Below, piece by piece: positions 23,030-34,801 of a DNA stretch of 64,000 bases. The notes beneath the pieces are model-generated. The model was not told the DNA's origin. It saw only the letters and a list, made by a program, of their open reading frames with translations, and made no database searches. A program made the translations under genes and the position numbers. The first letter of the stretch is position 1; each line of letters begins with the position of its first letter. Origin of the DNA: Eledone cirrhosa (lineage: Eukaryota). Location of the stretch: assembly GCA_964016885.1 (NCBI GenBank), contig OZ024745.1:100006001-100070000 (forward strand). Reading direction: 5' to 3'.

Positions 23030-26000
23030 CACATAATTATTCCACATAATATAAAATCTATGAGATTTTGATATTTTTTATTTTGATAACAATACCATAA
23101 CTGTGAGTAGCCGGTTTGAACAGAAAGAAGTGAGAGAATTCTGGCCGGATATGGCTGGTTTAAATGCTAAAGGGTTAATGAATACAAATACTTAAATTAT
23201 TGCATTCGTTACTCTCTAACTACACATCTACAAACAAATATTTTCTGTTATTTGATCTGAAATAAATTAAACTTCAGTTTACCAGCAGTGATTATATGAA
23301 GAATTTTGTTTTAATTTAATATTTTTTTAACAAATTAGATAATTAAAGAAGGAAGCCAATTTGTCATAATGATATATGCAGGGGGTAGTTTCTTTAAATA
23401 TTTCATTACCACATTTTTAAAGCAGCTCACTGTCTCAAATGTTTAAATCATTTTGAAAAGAATTGAGAATTTGGTTGGATTTAGTAAAATAACTAATTGA
23501 AGCCGCTGTTTGGAATATAACTTAACCCTTTAGCATTTAAACTGGTCGTATCTGGCCAGAATTCTCTCACCTCTTTCTGTTCAAACTGGCTGTAACCAGC
23601 TGCTCATACTTATGTTAAGGTATTGTTATCAAAATCTCATAGATTCGATATTATGTGAGGTAAAGCCTTTACTGCGAAAATACAATAGAAAATATAGAGT
23701 ACGTAAATGCTAAAGGGTTAAACATTTTTACATAAAATTATGATGGAAAGTTTTTAGATAAATATTAACACTGACCCTTTAGTATTTAAACCAGCCATAT
23801 CTGGCCAGAATTCCCTCACTTCTTTCAGTTCAAACTGGCCATAACTGACTGCTCATACTTATGTTAAGGTATTGTTCTCAAAATATGTATATCAAAATCT
23901 TGTAGATTCAATATTATGTGAGATGAAGTGTTTACAGTGAAAATGCAATAATAAATATAGAGTAATGTAAATGCTAAAGTGTTAAACTAAATAGCCTAGT
24001 ATCCTTTCTAATTATTAAACAAAGGCTGTTACATGAAATTATGATGGAAGGTTTATTTTATTAAAAAAAACAAACAGTTTTCTATTATAAAACTGCTTTC
24101 AGGTAGTTTGGTACCCTATTATGACGAGCTGCATTGATGTTTTCATGTCACAATTTACCTACTCTTGATTATTATGTAATTTTTATTTTTAAGTTGTATA
24201 TCAAAACTTCTAGATTTTAATTACAGGTTAGTTATTTGTAAAGAAAAGACAACTTTAATACTATATTTTCGAGATAGCATAACTAGTGTTTTAATGGTTT
24301 TGTTGGGTAATGTGTCTCTTCAACTGTCAAATTACCTCCTAGCACATGACAACCTAAAGTTAAATATTAGATAATGCAAGAGATTAAACATAAATAAATT
24401 TTCATTTGCTTAATATATATAAAAAGGCTCATAACTTTGTATCTTAAGCAAATCAACATTTTTATTGAATTAATTATTTTGTGTTTTCTACATATCTTGG
24501 TCAATATTCGGCTGTATCATATTGTTACTCTTTTATTGATTTTCATTGTAGAAAATAATAGCAAGAAATAAATTTAACCATTTTGATAACAAGCCTCTAA
24601 TTAATAAATTGCCCCTAGTTCTACATTACAAAACTTTTAAAGTATATATAATATTTATCTTTAATAAATCATCCATCATAATTTTGTGTAATAAGAACCT
24701 AAGTTATATTCCATATACCAGATAAATAATAAGAAAGTCATTTATATTATTCAATCCTTCCAAATTCTTGATTATTTTCAAAATCATTAGAAATGTGGCA
24801 ATGAAAGGGTAAAGGAGCAAAATTATATGCCTACATCAGTTTAACCCTTTAGCATTTAAACCGGCTGTATCCGGCCAGAATTCTCTCACATCTCTTTCAT
24901 CAAACTGGCTGTAACTGTCCATTCATACTGATGTTGGTATTGTTCTCAACATATCAAAATCTCATAGATTCGATATTATGTGAGATAATTATGTATGGTA
25001 AAGTGTTTACTATGAAAACATAATAGTATATATAGAGTAATGTAAATGCTAAAGGGTTAAGTAAAGAAAGTGCTGGATATTCTAATCCAGAAAATGGGTC
25101 ATAGGAAATATTGATATTGTAAAAAATATATAGAAAATTTTCAGTGTTACCTTTAAAATGTGAGCAATTTCTCGAGGAAATACGCTGCATGTATGACCAT
25201 TTGTGAGAGGATACAAGTAAAGTTATAATTCTGTTTTCTAATTCTCATCTAATAGTAAATGCAAATTAGAATTGTTATTGTCAATTTAACCCTTTCATTA
25301 CCATATTTCTAATGAAAGCCACTGCCTTTGACCAGCTGGAAGATATACTAACAATCATATTTAAATACATATGTGCATGCATGCACAGATAAGTAAAACA
25401 TAATACTATGAACCAGCAAGAGAGCTTCTATAAAATTCTGTTAGAAATAGCTGCTAAATATCCTTCAAATAACACCCTACTGTGTTCAAATAGGAAGGAC
25501 ATTTTAGATAGATAACATAGTCTGTGATACACAAAGCCTGAAAAAACAAATAGGTGGGATGGTGAAAGCTTGAATGCCTTTAACCCTTTAGCATTTACAT
25601 TACTCTATATTTACTATTGTATTTTTGTGGTAAAGGCTTTATCTTACATAATTATCTCACATAATATTGAACCTATGAGATTTTGATATTATTTATTTTG
25701 AGAACAATACCTTAACATCAGTATGAGTTGCCTGTTTAAACAGAAAGAGGTGAAATAATTCTGGCCAGTTTAAATACTAAAGGGTTAATCATAGATCTGC
25801 TTGATTGGGGTTAAACTGGAGTTCAACAGCATGAAAATAAAAATCTGAAATAACTGAGTGCAGACACTCCCCAACTTATGATCTAGTTCTGTTTCAAACA
25901 ATTGCACTTAATTTGATACAGGTGCAATTTGAAGTCCTATATGTATGACTGGAAGTGATGGTATAAATATACATTTCTACATAACATACATTCTATTTTT

Positions 26001-27826
26001 TTTTTATGCATCATTATACTTATTCACTCAGGCATGGTTTCTATATATTTGTATATGTATGTATGTTCAGATATTTGAATATAATTGCTGAAGCACAACA
26101 GATACCAAAAGAAAATGTATAATGTGTGCTCAGAAATATATAGTGGTCACTGAGTGGTCACATACCTTGTGGGGTGCTTGGATTTCAAATCTTGACATTA
26201 AATCAAAACTTGTTGCTTTTTAAATAAGATTTTGAAATAATAGAAATGTCTTCAATGTTTTTGAAAGTGGTTAAATTGTTTTAACAAAGACACAGTAACA
26301 TGATTTGTCTTTTGTTCCCTATTTTGTTTATGAATAATTTTCCTATGGTTTATGTTTACTTATTTATAAAATATCATTATAAATCAGCAATTATCCCAAT
26401 GCATTACCGGTACCTTCTTTTATCGACCCCGTAAGGATGAAAGGCAAAGTTAACCTCGGCGGGATTTGAACTCAGACTGTAAAGGGCCATAACTCTGTGC
26501 TGCAAAGCATGGCGTCTGACCCTCTACCGATACTGCCAATCCAAAAAGCAAGAGAGTATTTCCCATGACCCCCATCAGGATGAAAGGCAAAGTTAACCTT
26601 GGCAGGATTTGAACTTAGGATGTAAAGGGCCATGACTCTATACTGCAAAGCATGGCGTCTGACCCTCTACCGATACTGCCAACCCAAAAAGCAAGAGAGT
26701 ATTTTCCATGCAAGTTGTCGAAGGTATGGGTATTCTATTGCATTTTTCCATATCTCAATTGGGTCTTTCTTAACGTTCAAATAAGGATTTTATATCATCT
26801 TCTGAGGGCTCAATTAATTATATCTGTAATTATTTGGGAACCATGGAGATTTCAACTAGGTGAGGTTGAAATGCAAACTTGGAAAAGCTTTTATTTCTAT
26901 TTCAATTCCAAACAGCTTAGTATTATTAGGAACAGGGACAGTTTCAGACAGTTTAGTACAGAGATGAGGAACCTGTGGCCCTCTATGCCATTCTGTCCGA
27001 CATTTTGAAAGAATAAAAAATTTCTAAGTTAGCATTTCAACCTCACCTAGTTGAAATCTCCATGGCTCCCAAATAATTACAGATAGAATTAATTGAGCCC
27101 TCTGAAGATGATATTATAAAATCCTTATTTGATGCTAAGAAAGACCCAATTGAGATATGGAAAAATGCAATAGAATACCCATACCTTCGACAATTTGCAT
27201 GGATAATACTCTCTTGCTTTTCAACCAGTTATTGCTGCAAATCTATTGCAACCAAATATCAAGATGCTTTCCTACGACAAGCAATTACAACAAAGTCATT
27301 AAAAGTTGCTTAGCTTTAAAATAAATTTTTTTTTTCGTGTTTTATATAATTAGTACATAATAATTATGTAATAAACAACATAAGATAATTATTTCATTTA
27401 CCAGTGGTTTCTTGAAGGCAGATGTTATGTCTGTCTTCAGTCGTCAGAATGAATAAATAACCTGGAGTAGTAATTAGATTTTCACAAAATAATGAAGAAT
27501 TTAAGAATATATAATTATGGTTCCTTGAATGTGGCCTTTCAAAATGAAATAGTTGCCCACCGCTGGTTTAATATCAAAAGGGTTAAAGCAGTGGAATAGA
27601 AAAGCTAAGTCCAAATTGAAAAATTTATTAACCCTTTAGCATTTAAACCGGCCATATCCAGCAAGAATTCCCTCACCTTTTTCTGTTCAAACCAGCTGTA
27701 ACCAGCTGCTCATACTGATGTTAATGTAATGTTCTCAAAATAAATAATATCAAAATCTCATAGATTCGATATTATGTGAGATAAAGTGTTTACCATGAAA
27801 ATATAATATAAATATATAGTAAAGGG
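23030..27826. mobile_element. Cluster of six piggyBac-type MITE copies (~23030-23174, 23526-23717, 23775-23981, 24845-25056, 25584-25784, 27632-27826)
   Basis: TTAA|CCCTTTAGCATTT...AAATGCTAAAGGG|TTAA termini with a shared body, in both orientations. Confidence 0.85.
27018..27565 (+). mobile_element. hAT (Charlie/SPIN-like) transposon remnant
   Basis: Translation LQIELIEPSEDDIIKSLF..IEIWKNAIEYPYLRQFAWIILSCFSTSYCC resembles the hAT dimerisation region. TIR-like TTGCCCACCGCTG at 27553-27565. Confidence 0.6.
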
Positions 27827-28115
27827 TTAAGTAATTCAATACTGGCTTCAACTGTTGAACCATTACAGTGTTATTATCCTTATATCTTCTGCTTGATAAT
27901 TAAATATTTTACCAGTTAACAAGCGTCTAGATTCTCAACTATTGACATATTTCAAGCCATCTGTATCAACATTACATAAAAGCACTTGCAGCTGTTCAAT
28001 ACACTCTTCCTAATTAAAGGAAGTTTCCATATCTAGTTCACCTTTGATGATGAGTAAGAAGAGATCACAATTGTCACTGTTTGTGTGTGTGTGTGTGGGG
28101 GGGGGGGGAGCCAGC

Positions 28116-31100
28116 ACGTGGGACCCCATTTGCTCACCATACGTAGAGATGGGGAGGGCGAGAGAGATGGAGGTGATGACAGTGGGAGTTTGGCTCTTCC
28201 ACGTTCGGACCATATACTTGTGGTTGTGTTCATTAAGCAGTTAATGAGTCTGTCATAACACTAATACAGCACTTAGGGCACTGTTTTTTTAATTTTTATT
28301 TTTATTTTTCTTTGTTTTGTTTACATAATTACAGTTTTGGTCATCGTATCACACAGTCCAGAATGTGTGATATTGTTGTTGTTTTGGTCAGCGTATCACA
28401 CAGTTCAAAATGTGTGATATTGTTGTTGTTTTGGTCATCGTGTCACACAGTCCAGAATATGTGATATTGTTGTTGTTTTGGTCATCGTATCACACAGTCC
28501 AGAATATAGGATATTGTTGTTGTTTTGGTCATCGTGTCACACAGTCCAGAATGTGTGATATTGTTGTTGTTTTGGTCATCGTATCACACAGTCCAGAATA
28601 TAGGATATTGTTGTTGTTTTGGTCATCGTGTCACACAGTCCAGAATGTGTGATATTGTTGTTGTTTTGGTCATCGTATCACACAGTCCAGAATATAGGAT
28701 ATTGTTGTTGTTTTGGTCATTGTGTCACACAGTCCAGAATATGTGATGTTGTTGTTTTGGTCATCGTATCACACAGTCCAGAATATAGGATATTGTTGTT
28801 GTTTTGGTCATCGTGTCACACAGTCCAGAATGTGTGATATTGTTGTTGTTTTGGTCATCGTATCACACAGTCCAGAATATAGGATATTGTTGTTGTTTTG
28901 GTCATTGTGTCACACAGTCCAGAATATGTGATATTGTTGTTGTTTTGGTCATCGTATCACACAGTCCAGAATATAGGATATTGTTGTTGTTTTGGTCATC
29001 GTGTTACACAGTTCAGAATGTGTGATATTGTTGTTGTTTTGGTCATCGTGTCACACAGTCCAGAATATGTGATATTGTTGTTGTTTTGGTCATCGTGTCA
29101 CACAGTCCAGAATATGTGATATTGTTGTTGTTTTGGTCATCGTGTCACACAGTCCAGAATATGTGATATTGTTGTTGTTTTGGTCATCGTATCACACAGT
29201 CCAGAATATAGGATATTGTTGTTGTTTTGGTCATCATATCACACAGTCCAGAATGTGTGATATTGTTGTTGTTTTGGTCATCGTATCACACAGTCCAGAA
29301 TATAGGATATTGTTGTTGTTTTGGTCATCGTGTCACACGGTCCAGAATATAGGATATTGTTGTTGTTTTGGTCATCGTATCACACAGTCCAGAATATAGG
29401 ATATTGTTGTTGTTTTGGTCATCGTGTCACACAGTCCAGAATATAGGATATTGTTGTTGTTTTGGTCATCGTGTCACACAGTCCAGAATATAGGATATTG
29501 TTGTTGTTTTGGTCATTCTGTCACACAGTCCAGAATGTGTGATATTGTTGTTGTTTTGGTCATCGTATCACACAGTCCAGAATATGTGATATTGTTGTTG
29601 TTTTGGTCATCATATCACACAGTCCAGAATATAGGATATTGTTGTTGTTTTGGTCATTGTGTCACACAGTTCAGAATGTGTGATATTGTTGTTGTTTTGG
29701 TCATCGTATCACACAGTCCAGAATATAGGATATTGTTGTTGTTTTGGTCATCGTATCACATAGTCCAGAATATAGGATATTGTTGTTGTTTTGGTCATCG
29801 TATCACATAGTCCAGAATATGTGATATTGTTGTTGTTTTGGTCATCGTGTCACACAGTCCAGAATGTATGATATTGTTGTTGTTTTGGTCATCGTATCAC
29901 ACAGTCCAGAATGTGTGATATTGTTGTTGTTTTGGTCAAGATGTCACATAGTCCAGAATGTATGATATTGTTGATGTTGTGATAGTCCAGAATGTGTGAT
30001 ATCGTTGATGTTGTTGTTTTGGTCAAGATGTCACACAGTCTACAATATGAGATATTGTTGATATTACTGTTGTTGTTTTGAAGATATTTGATACTCTGTT
30101 AGGAAGTGAATTATCAAACAAACTTTGTACTTTTACCAAATTTTGATTTTTATATTTCTGTATATTGTCATCATTATATTTGTCAAAAATTGATGAGTTA
30201 ATAACAAAAATCAAATGAAAAGTAATATATATATCATATGTGGAGAAGTACACATAGAGATATGTGTTCAATTATAGGGGATCAAAAACCACAAGAGTGT
30301 TGAACATATCATCTACGAAAGGTAAGGTGAATACAAAATCAATTAAAAGAATAAATAAAAGTGTTCTAACCATCCAATAATTACTATAACACCTGGACAT
30401 GCTCAAATTAGAGTATGTTTCACCACAAAAAGTGAAGAATACATATTGTAGAGGGCTTGTCAGTGGGTGTCTAACTTAGGCTGTGCTCCCCCGAAGGGTG
30501 CTCTCCGCCTTGGCAGACCAGGTCCAAAACCCAGACTAATTATGCTGTCTTTTTCAAACCCTACTGGGGCATGTTCATGTGTTTTAGCCTCTGATAAAGC
30601 TAGGCACAAAAATCTGATTACCTTCCGAAAACACCCTGGCCTACCGCCTGATGTACGTCCAAAGCTATGTGCTGCAGCTCCCTTAAATCAAACCCAGCAC
30701 AACATGAAAACTTCAGCTTATGAGATGATGGGCAGATATGGAAGTTTATTAAGGCTGGTGAAACATGGAAAAGAGATACCAGCTGGTCTGAAAACACTGT
30801 ACCCAGAATAGCTGGCAATGAAAAAACTGGGAAATTAAATCAGAACAACCTTCCACCCCCTACACATCATCATAAACCGAAATCAAGGTACAAATTGTTG
30901 TCCTTAAATGCTCGTAGTCTATGCAACAAGATACATCTTTTTGATTCTTACGTGGGACCCCATTTGCTCACCATACGTAGAGATGGAGAGGGCGAGAGAG
31001 ATGGATGTGATGACAGTGGGAGTTTGGCTCTTCCACGTTCGGACCATATACTTGTGGTTGTGTTCATTAAACAGTTAATGAGTCTGTCATAACACTAATA

Positions 31101-32333
31101 CAGCACTTAGGGCACTGTTTTTTTAATTTTTATTTTTATTTTTCTTTGTTTTGTTTACATAATTACAGTTTTGGTCATCGTATCACACAGTCCAGAATGT
31201 GTGATATTGTTGTTGTTTTGGTCATCGTATCACACAGTTCAGAATATGTGATATTGTTGTTGTTTTGGTCAAGATGTCACACAGTCCAGAATATAGGATA
31301 TTGTTGTTGTTTTGGTCAAGATGTCACATAGTCCAGAATGTGTGATATTGTTGTTGTTGTGATAGTCCAGAATGTGTGATATCATTGATGTTGTTGTTTT
31401 GGTCAAGATGTCACACAGTCTATAATATGAGATATTGTTGATATTACTGTTGTTGTTTTGAAGATATTTGATACTCTGTTAGGAAGTGAATTATCAAACA
31501 AACTTTGTACTTTTACCAAATTTTGATTTTTATATTTCTGTATATTGTCATCATTATATTTGTCAAAAATTGATGAGTTAATAACAAAAATCAAATGAAA
31601 AGTAATATATATATCATATGTGGAGAAGTACACATAGAGATATGTGTTCAATTATAGGGGATCAAAAACCACAAGAGTGTTGAACATATCATCTACGAAA
31701 GGTAAGGTGAATACAAAATCAATTAAAAGAATAAATAAAAGTGTTCTAACCATCCAATAATTACTATAACACCTGGACATGCTCAAATTAGAGTATGTTT
31801 CACCACAAAAAGTGAAGAATACATATTGTAGAGGGCTTGTCAGTGGGTGTCTAACTTAGGCTGTGCTCCCCCGAAGGGTGCTCTCCGCCTTGGCAGACCA
31901 GGTCCAAAACCCAGACTAATTATGCTGTCTTTTTCAAACCCTACTGGGGCATGTTCATGTGTTTTAGCCTCTGATAAAGCTAGGCACAAAAATCTGATTA
32001 CCTTCCGAAAACACCCTGGCCTACCGCCTGATGTACGTCCAAAGCTATGTGCTGCAGCTCCCTTAAATCAAACCCAGCACAACATGAAAACTTCAGCTTA
32101 TGAGATGATGGGCAGATATGGAAGTTTATTAAGGCTGGTGAAACATGGAAAAGAGATACCAGCTGGTCTGAAAACACTGTACCCAGAATAGCTGGCAATG
32201 AAAAAACTGGGAAATTAAATCAGAACAACCTTCCACCCCCTACACATCATCATAAACCGAAATCAAGGTACAAATTGTTGTCCTTAAATGCTCGTAGTCT
32301 ATGCAACAAGATACATCTTTTTGATTCTTACGT
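28116..32333 (+). repeat. Recent tandem duplication (units 28116-30949 and 30950-32329)
   Basis: Non-satellite parts are nearly identical, with the same ORFs at 30467 and 31847 (offset 1380). ACGT is present at all three junctions. Confidence 0.9.
28335..30045. repeat. 47-bp minisatellite (~35 copies) with partial 94-bp dimer structure; short sister array at ~31169-31425
   Basis: Unit ttttggtcatcgt(a/g)tcacacagtccagaat(gtgt/atag/atgt)gatattgttgttg. ORF starts recur every 94 bp. Confidence 0.95.
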
Positions 32334-32700
32334 CAAAAGTATCTACTCTGATTTCATTACAGTCACGGAAACATGGGCACATTCCTTACTCTCTAATGGG
32401 GTTTTCAGCATAGCTGGCTATAACTTGTTTGGCAAAGGCTGCATTAATTGTGGTGGTGGTGGTGGTATGATGGTCTACATTTGTTCAAACTTTTCAGCAA
32501 TTCCTTACATTGATTTGAACCAATCACAAGAAGAAGTATTTTTCTGTGATATATGTATGACCATGTCAACACTTCTACTTGGAGTTGTTTACTGCACCGA
32601 GCTACAATGCCCAAACTGGCTTGAATTTCATGACTCTGGAGATGTGAACACTATACTTCAGAAAATCCTGAACTCAATAGGGACAGCATGTACAGCATAC
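31810..32700 (+). mobile_element. CR1/L2-group LINE fragment: ORF1 C-terminus and ORF2 AP-endonuclease start (partial copy at 30430-30953)
   Basis: RLGRPGPKPRLIMLSF is an ORF1-like motif. It is followed by LNARSLCNK..DFITVTETW..GYNLF..GGGG, which are APE motifs. Confidence 0.75.
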
Positions 32701-32870
32701 TTTAACTCTTGTATGACTATATTTCTCTGCATACAAATCTACATATTTATTTGTATGTTGTACATATGTGTGTATATATATACATATAGAGAGAGAGAGA
32801 GAGGTAGAACACTGGAAGGTAATATCCATAGTGGTAGAGCACTCAGTCCATGGGACGAGTTTGGTAGAGT

Positions 32871-32911
32871 CCGAGCTGAAGATCTGCATAAGGTGAAAGA
32901 ATTGTTCTTGG
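32871..32911 (+). ncRNA. Minimal hammerhead ribozyme-like motif
   Basis: ccgag CTGAAGA tctgcataaggt GAAA gaattg TT cttgg: 5-bp stem I, weak stem II. Adjacent sequence is shared with 18150-18215 and 56650-56690. Confidence 0.45.
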
Positions 32912-34801
32912 TATGGTGAACTAACTGTTCTGTTACGACTTATATTATGTATGTATGTATGTATGTATGTATGTATGTATGTATGTATGTATGTATGTAT
33001 GTATGTATGTATGTATGCATGTGTGTGAGTAAGCGTATATATGCTGTGTAGAAGATTATTATGTATATTATGGAGGCACATGGCTTAGTGGTTAGAGCAT
33101 TGGCCTTGCAATCGAAAGGTTGTGAGTTCAAAAATCAGACTGGGTGATGTGTTGTTTCCTTGAGCAAGACACTTTATTTCACATTGCTCCAGTTTACTCA
33201 GCTGTAGAAATGAGATGATAGGGACTGGGATCCATATCATTCCACTGCAAAGTGGTCGTGGAGGTGTCACGGCAAAAAAGCACCCAGCACTCATTGTAAA
33301 TGAGGTTGGTGTTAGGAAGGGCATCCATCGGTAGAAATGAAGCCAGAATCAGTTCCCGTCCCACCCTTGCAAGCAGGGAAAAGCGGACGTAAAATGATGA
33401 TGATGATGATGTGTAATTTTGTATGTATTTGTGTATATGTGTATCATCATCATCATTGTTTAACATCTATCTTCCAAGCTAGCATTTGTTTACGGGAATT
33501 GTCCCACTTGAGGCAGGTTTTCTACGGCTGGATGCCCTTCCTAACTCCAACCACGTTTACAATGTGGACTGGGAGGTTTTTACCGTGTTACCTACATGGC
33601 CACATTACAGCGTGGACTGTGTGATTTTTTGTTGTGACACCTACACGACCTCATTTATTTAGGACTGGATGTTGTGGTACCAACATAACTTTACAGAGAA
33701 AGGGTGGTGTTGGTGGGAGTGGGGTGGGGTGGGTGTGGGTAGAGTAGGGGTAGTGGGATGGGGTGTATATTTGGTTAAGAGGTGCCTACTGACTGTAGGT
33801 TTCGTTTTGTACATAGGCAAGGCGGGTCTTCTGTATTACTGTGTAGCGCCAAAGATCTCGGTCCAGTGACATTGTCTGAGAGAGGTGTAAGTGTGTGAGG
33901 TCGGAATTTATCAAGTCGTCCCAGGTTTTTCTGGGTCTACCTACTCCGTAACTTCCATCAATTTTGATTGCCCTGCACTTTTTTATACAGCTGTCGTCTT
34001 TCATGCGCATCACGTGACCATATTATATATATATATATATATATATAATATACATGTATATATATATATTATATATTTATATATTATATATATATATATT
34101 ATATATATATACAGTGCCCCGCAAAAGTTTACAACACATTAGGAAAAATGCGGTTTTAGGTATTTTTAATAAAGTTAGGGTAATGAAAATTTAGCTACCG
34201 ATAGAACATATAATGAGGCATTTAATGATACAATCATAGTTTTAAAAAAATAACAAGGAAATAACTTATGAAGAAAAATCAATATTTTTATAACGCAAAA
34301 GTTTACAACACATTTATTAAATCATCTCTTAATATTTCGTAGCGTAACCTTTGTTGCTAATTACAGCGTGTAGGGCGTTTGGAGTAGCCTCCTACAAACT
34401 TCTTGCATGTTTCTTGGTTAATATTTATCCATTCTTCACAACAAATTTTCTTTAGTTCAGGGATATTTTGGGGTTTCCTTTTTTGAATTCTCTCCACAAA
34501 TTTTTGATCAGGTTAAGATCTGGAGACTGACATGGTCATTTTAGAACATTTATTCCATTCGTACTTAACCAAGATTGTGTTAGCTTTGCAGTATGCTTTG
34601 GATTGTTATCTTGTTGAAAAAACCAACCTGGCTTTAAGCTGAGAGAATGTGCACTTTGATGTAAATTCCTTTGGAAAATACCTCTATAATAAGTGCCACC
34701 CATTCTTCCTTCTATTATTTCAATATTTCCTACTCCTGTGGCACTAAAGCAACCCCAGACCATGATTGATCCACCTCCAAATTTTACAGTTGGAATAGTA
34801 T

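Noticed and set aside
26166-26300. Strong minus-strand donor CAAG|gtatgt as a coding exon end
   Set aside because: Stops in all frames within about 50 nt and no plausible acceptor.
28335-30045. Hairpin-forming regular repeat resembling a CRISPR array
   Set aside because: Units are head-to-tail with no unique spacers, there are no cas genes, and the context is eukaryotic.
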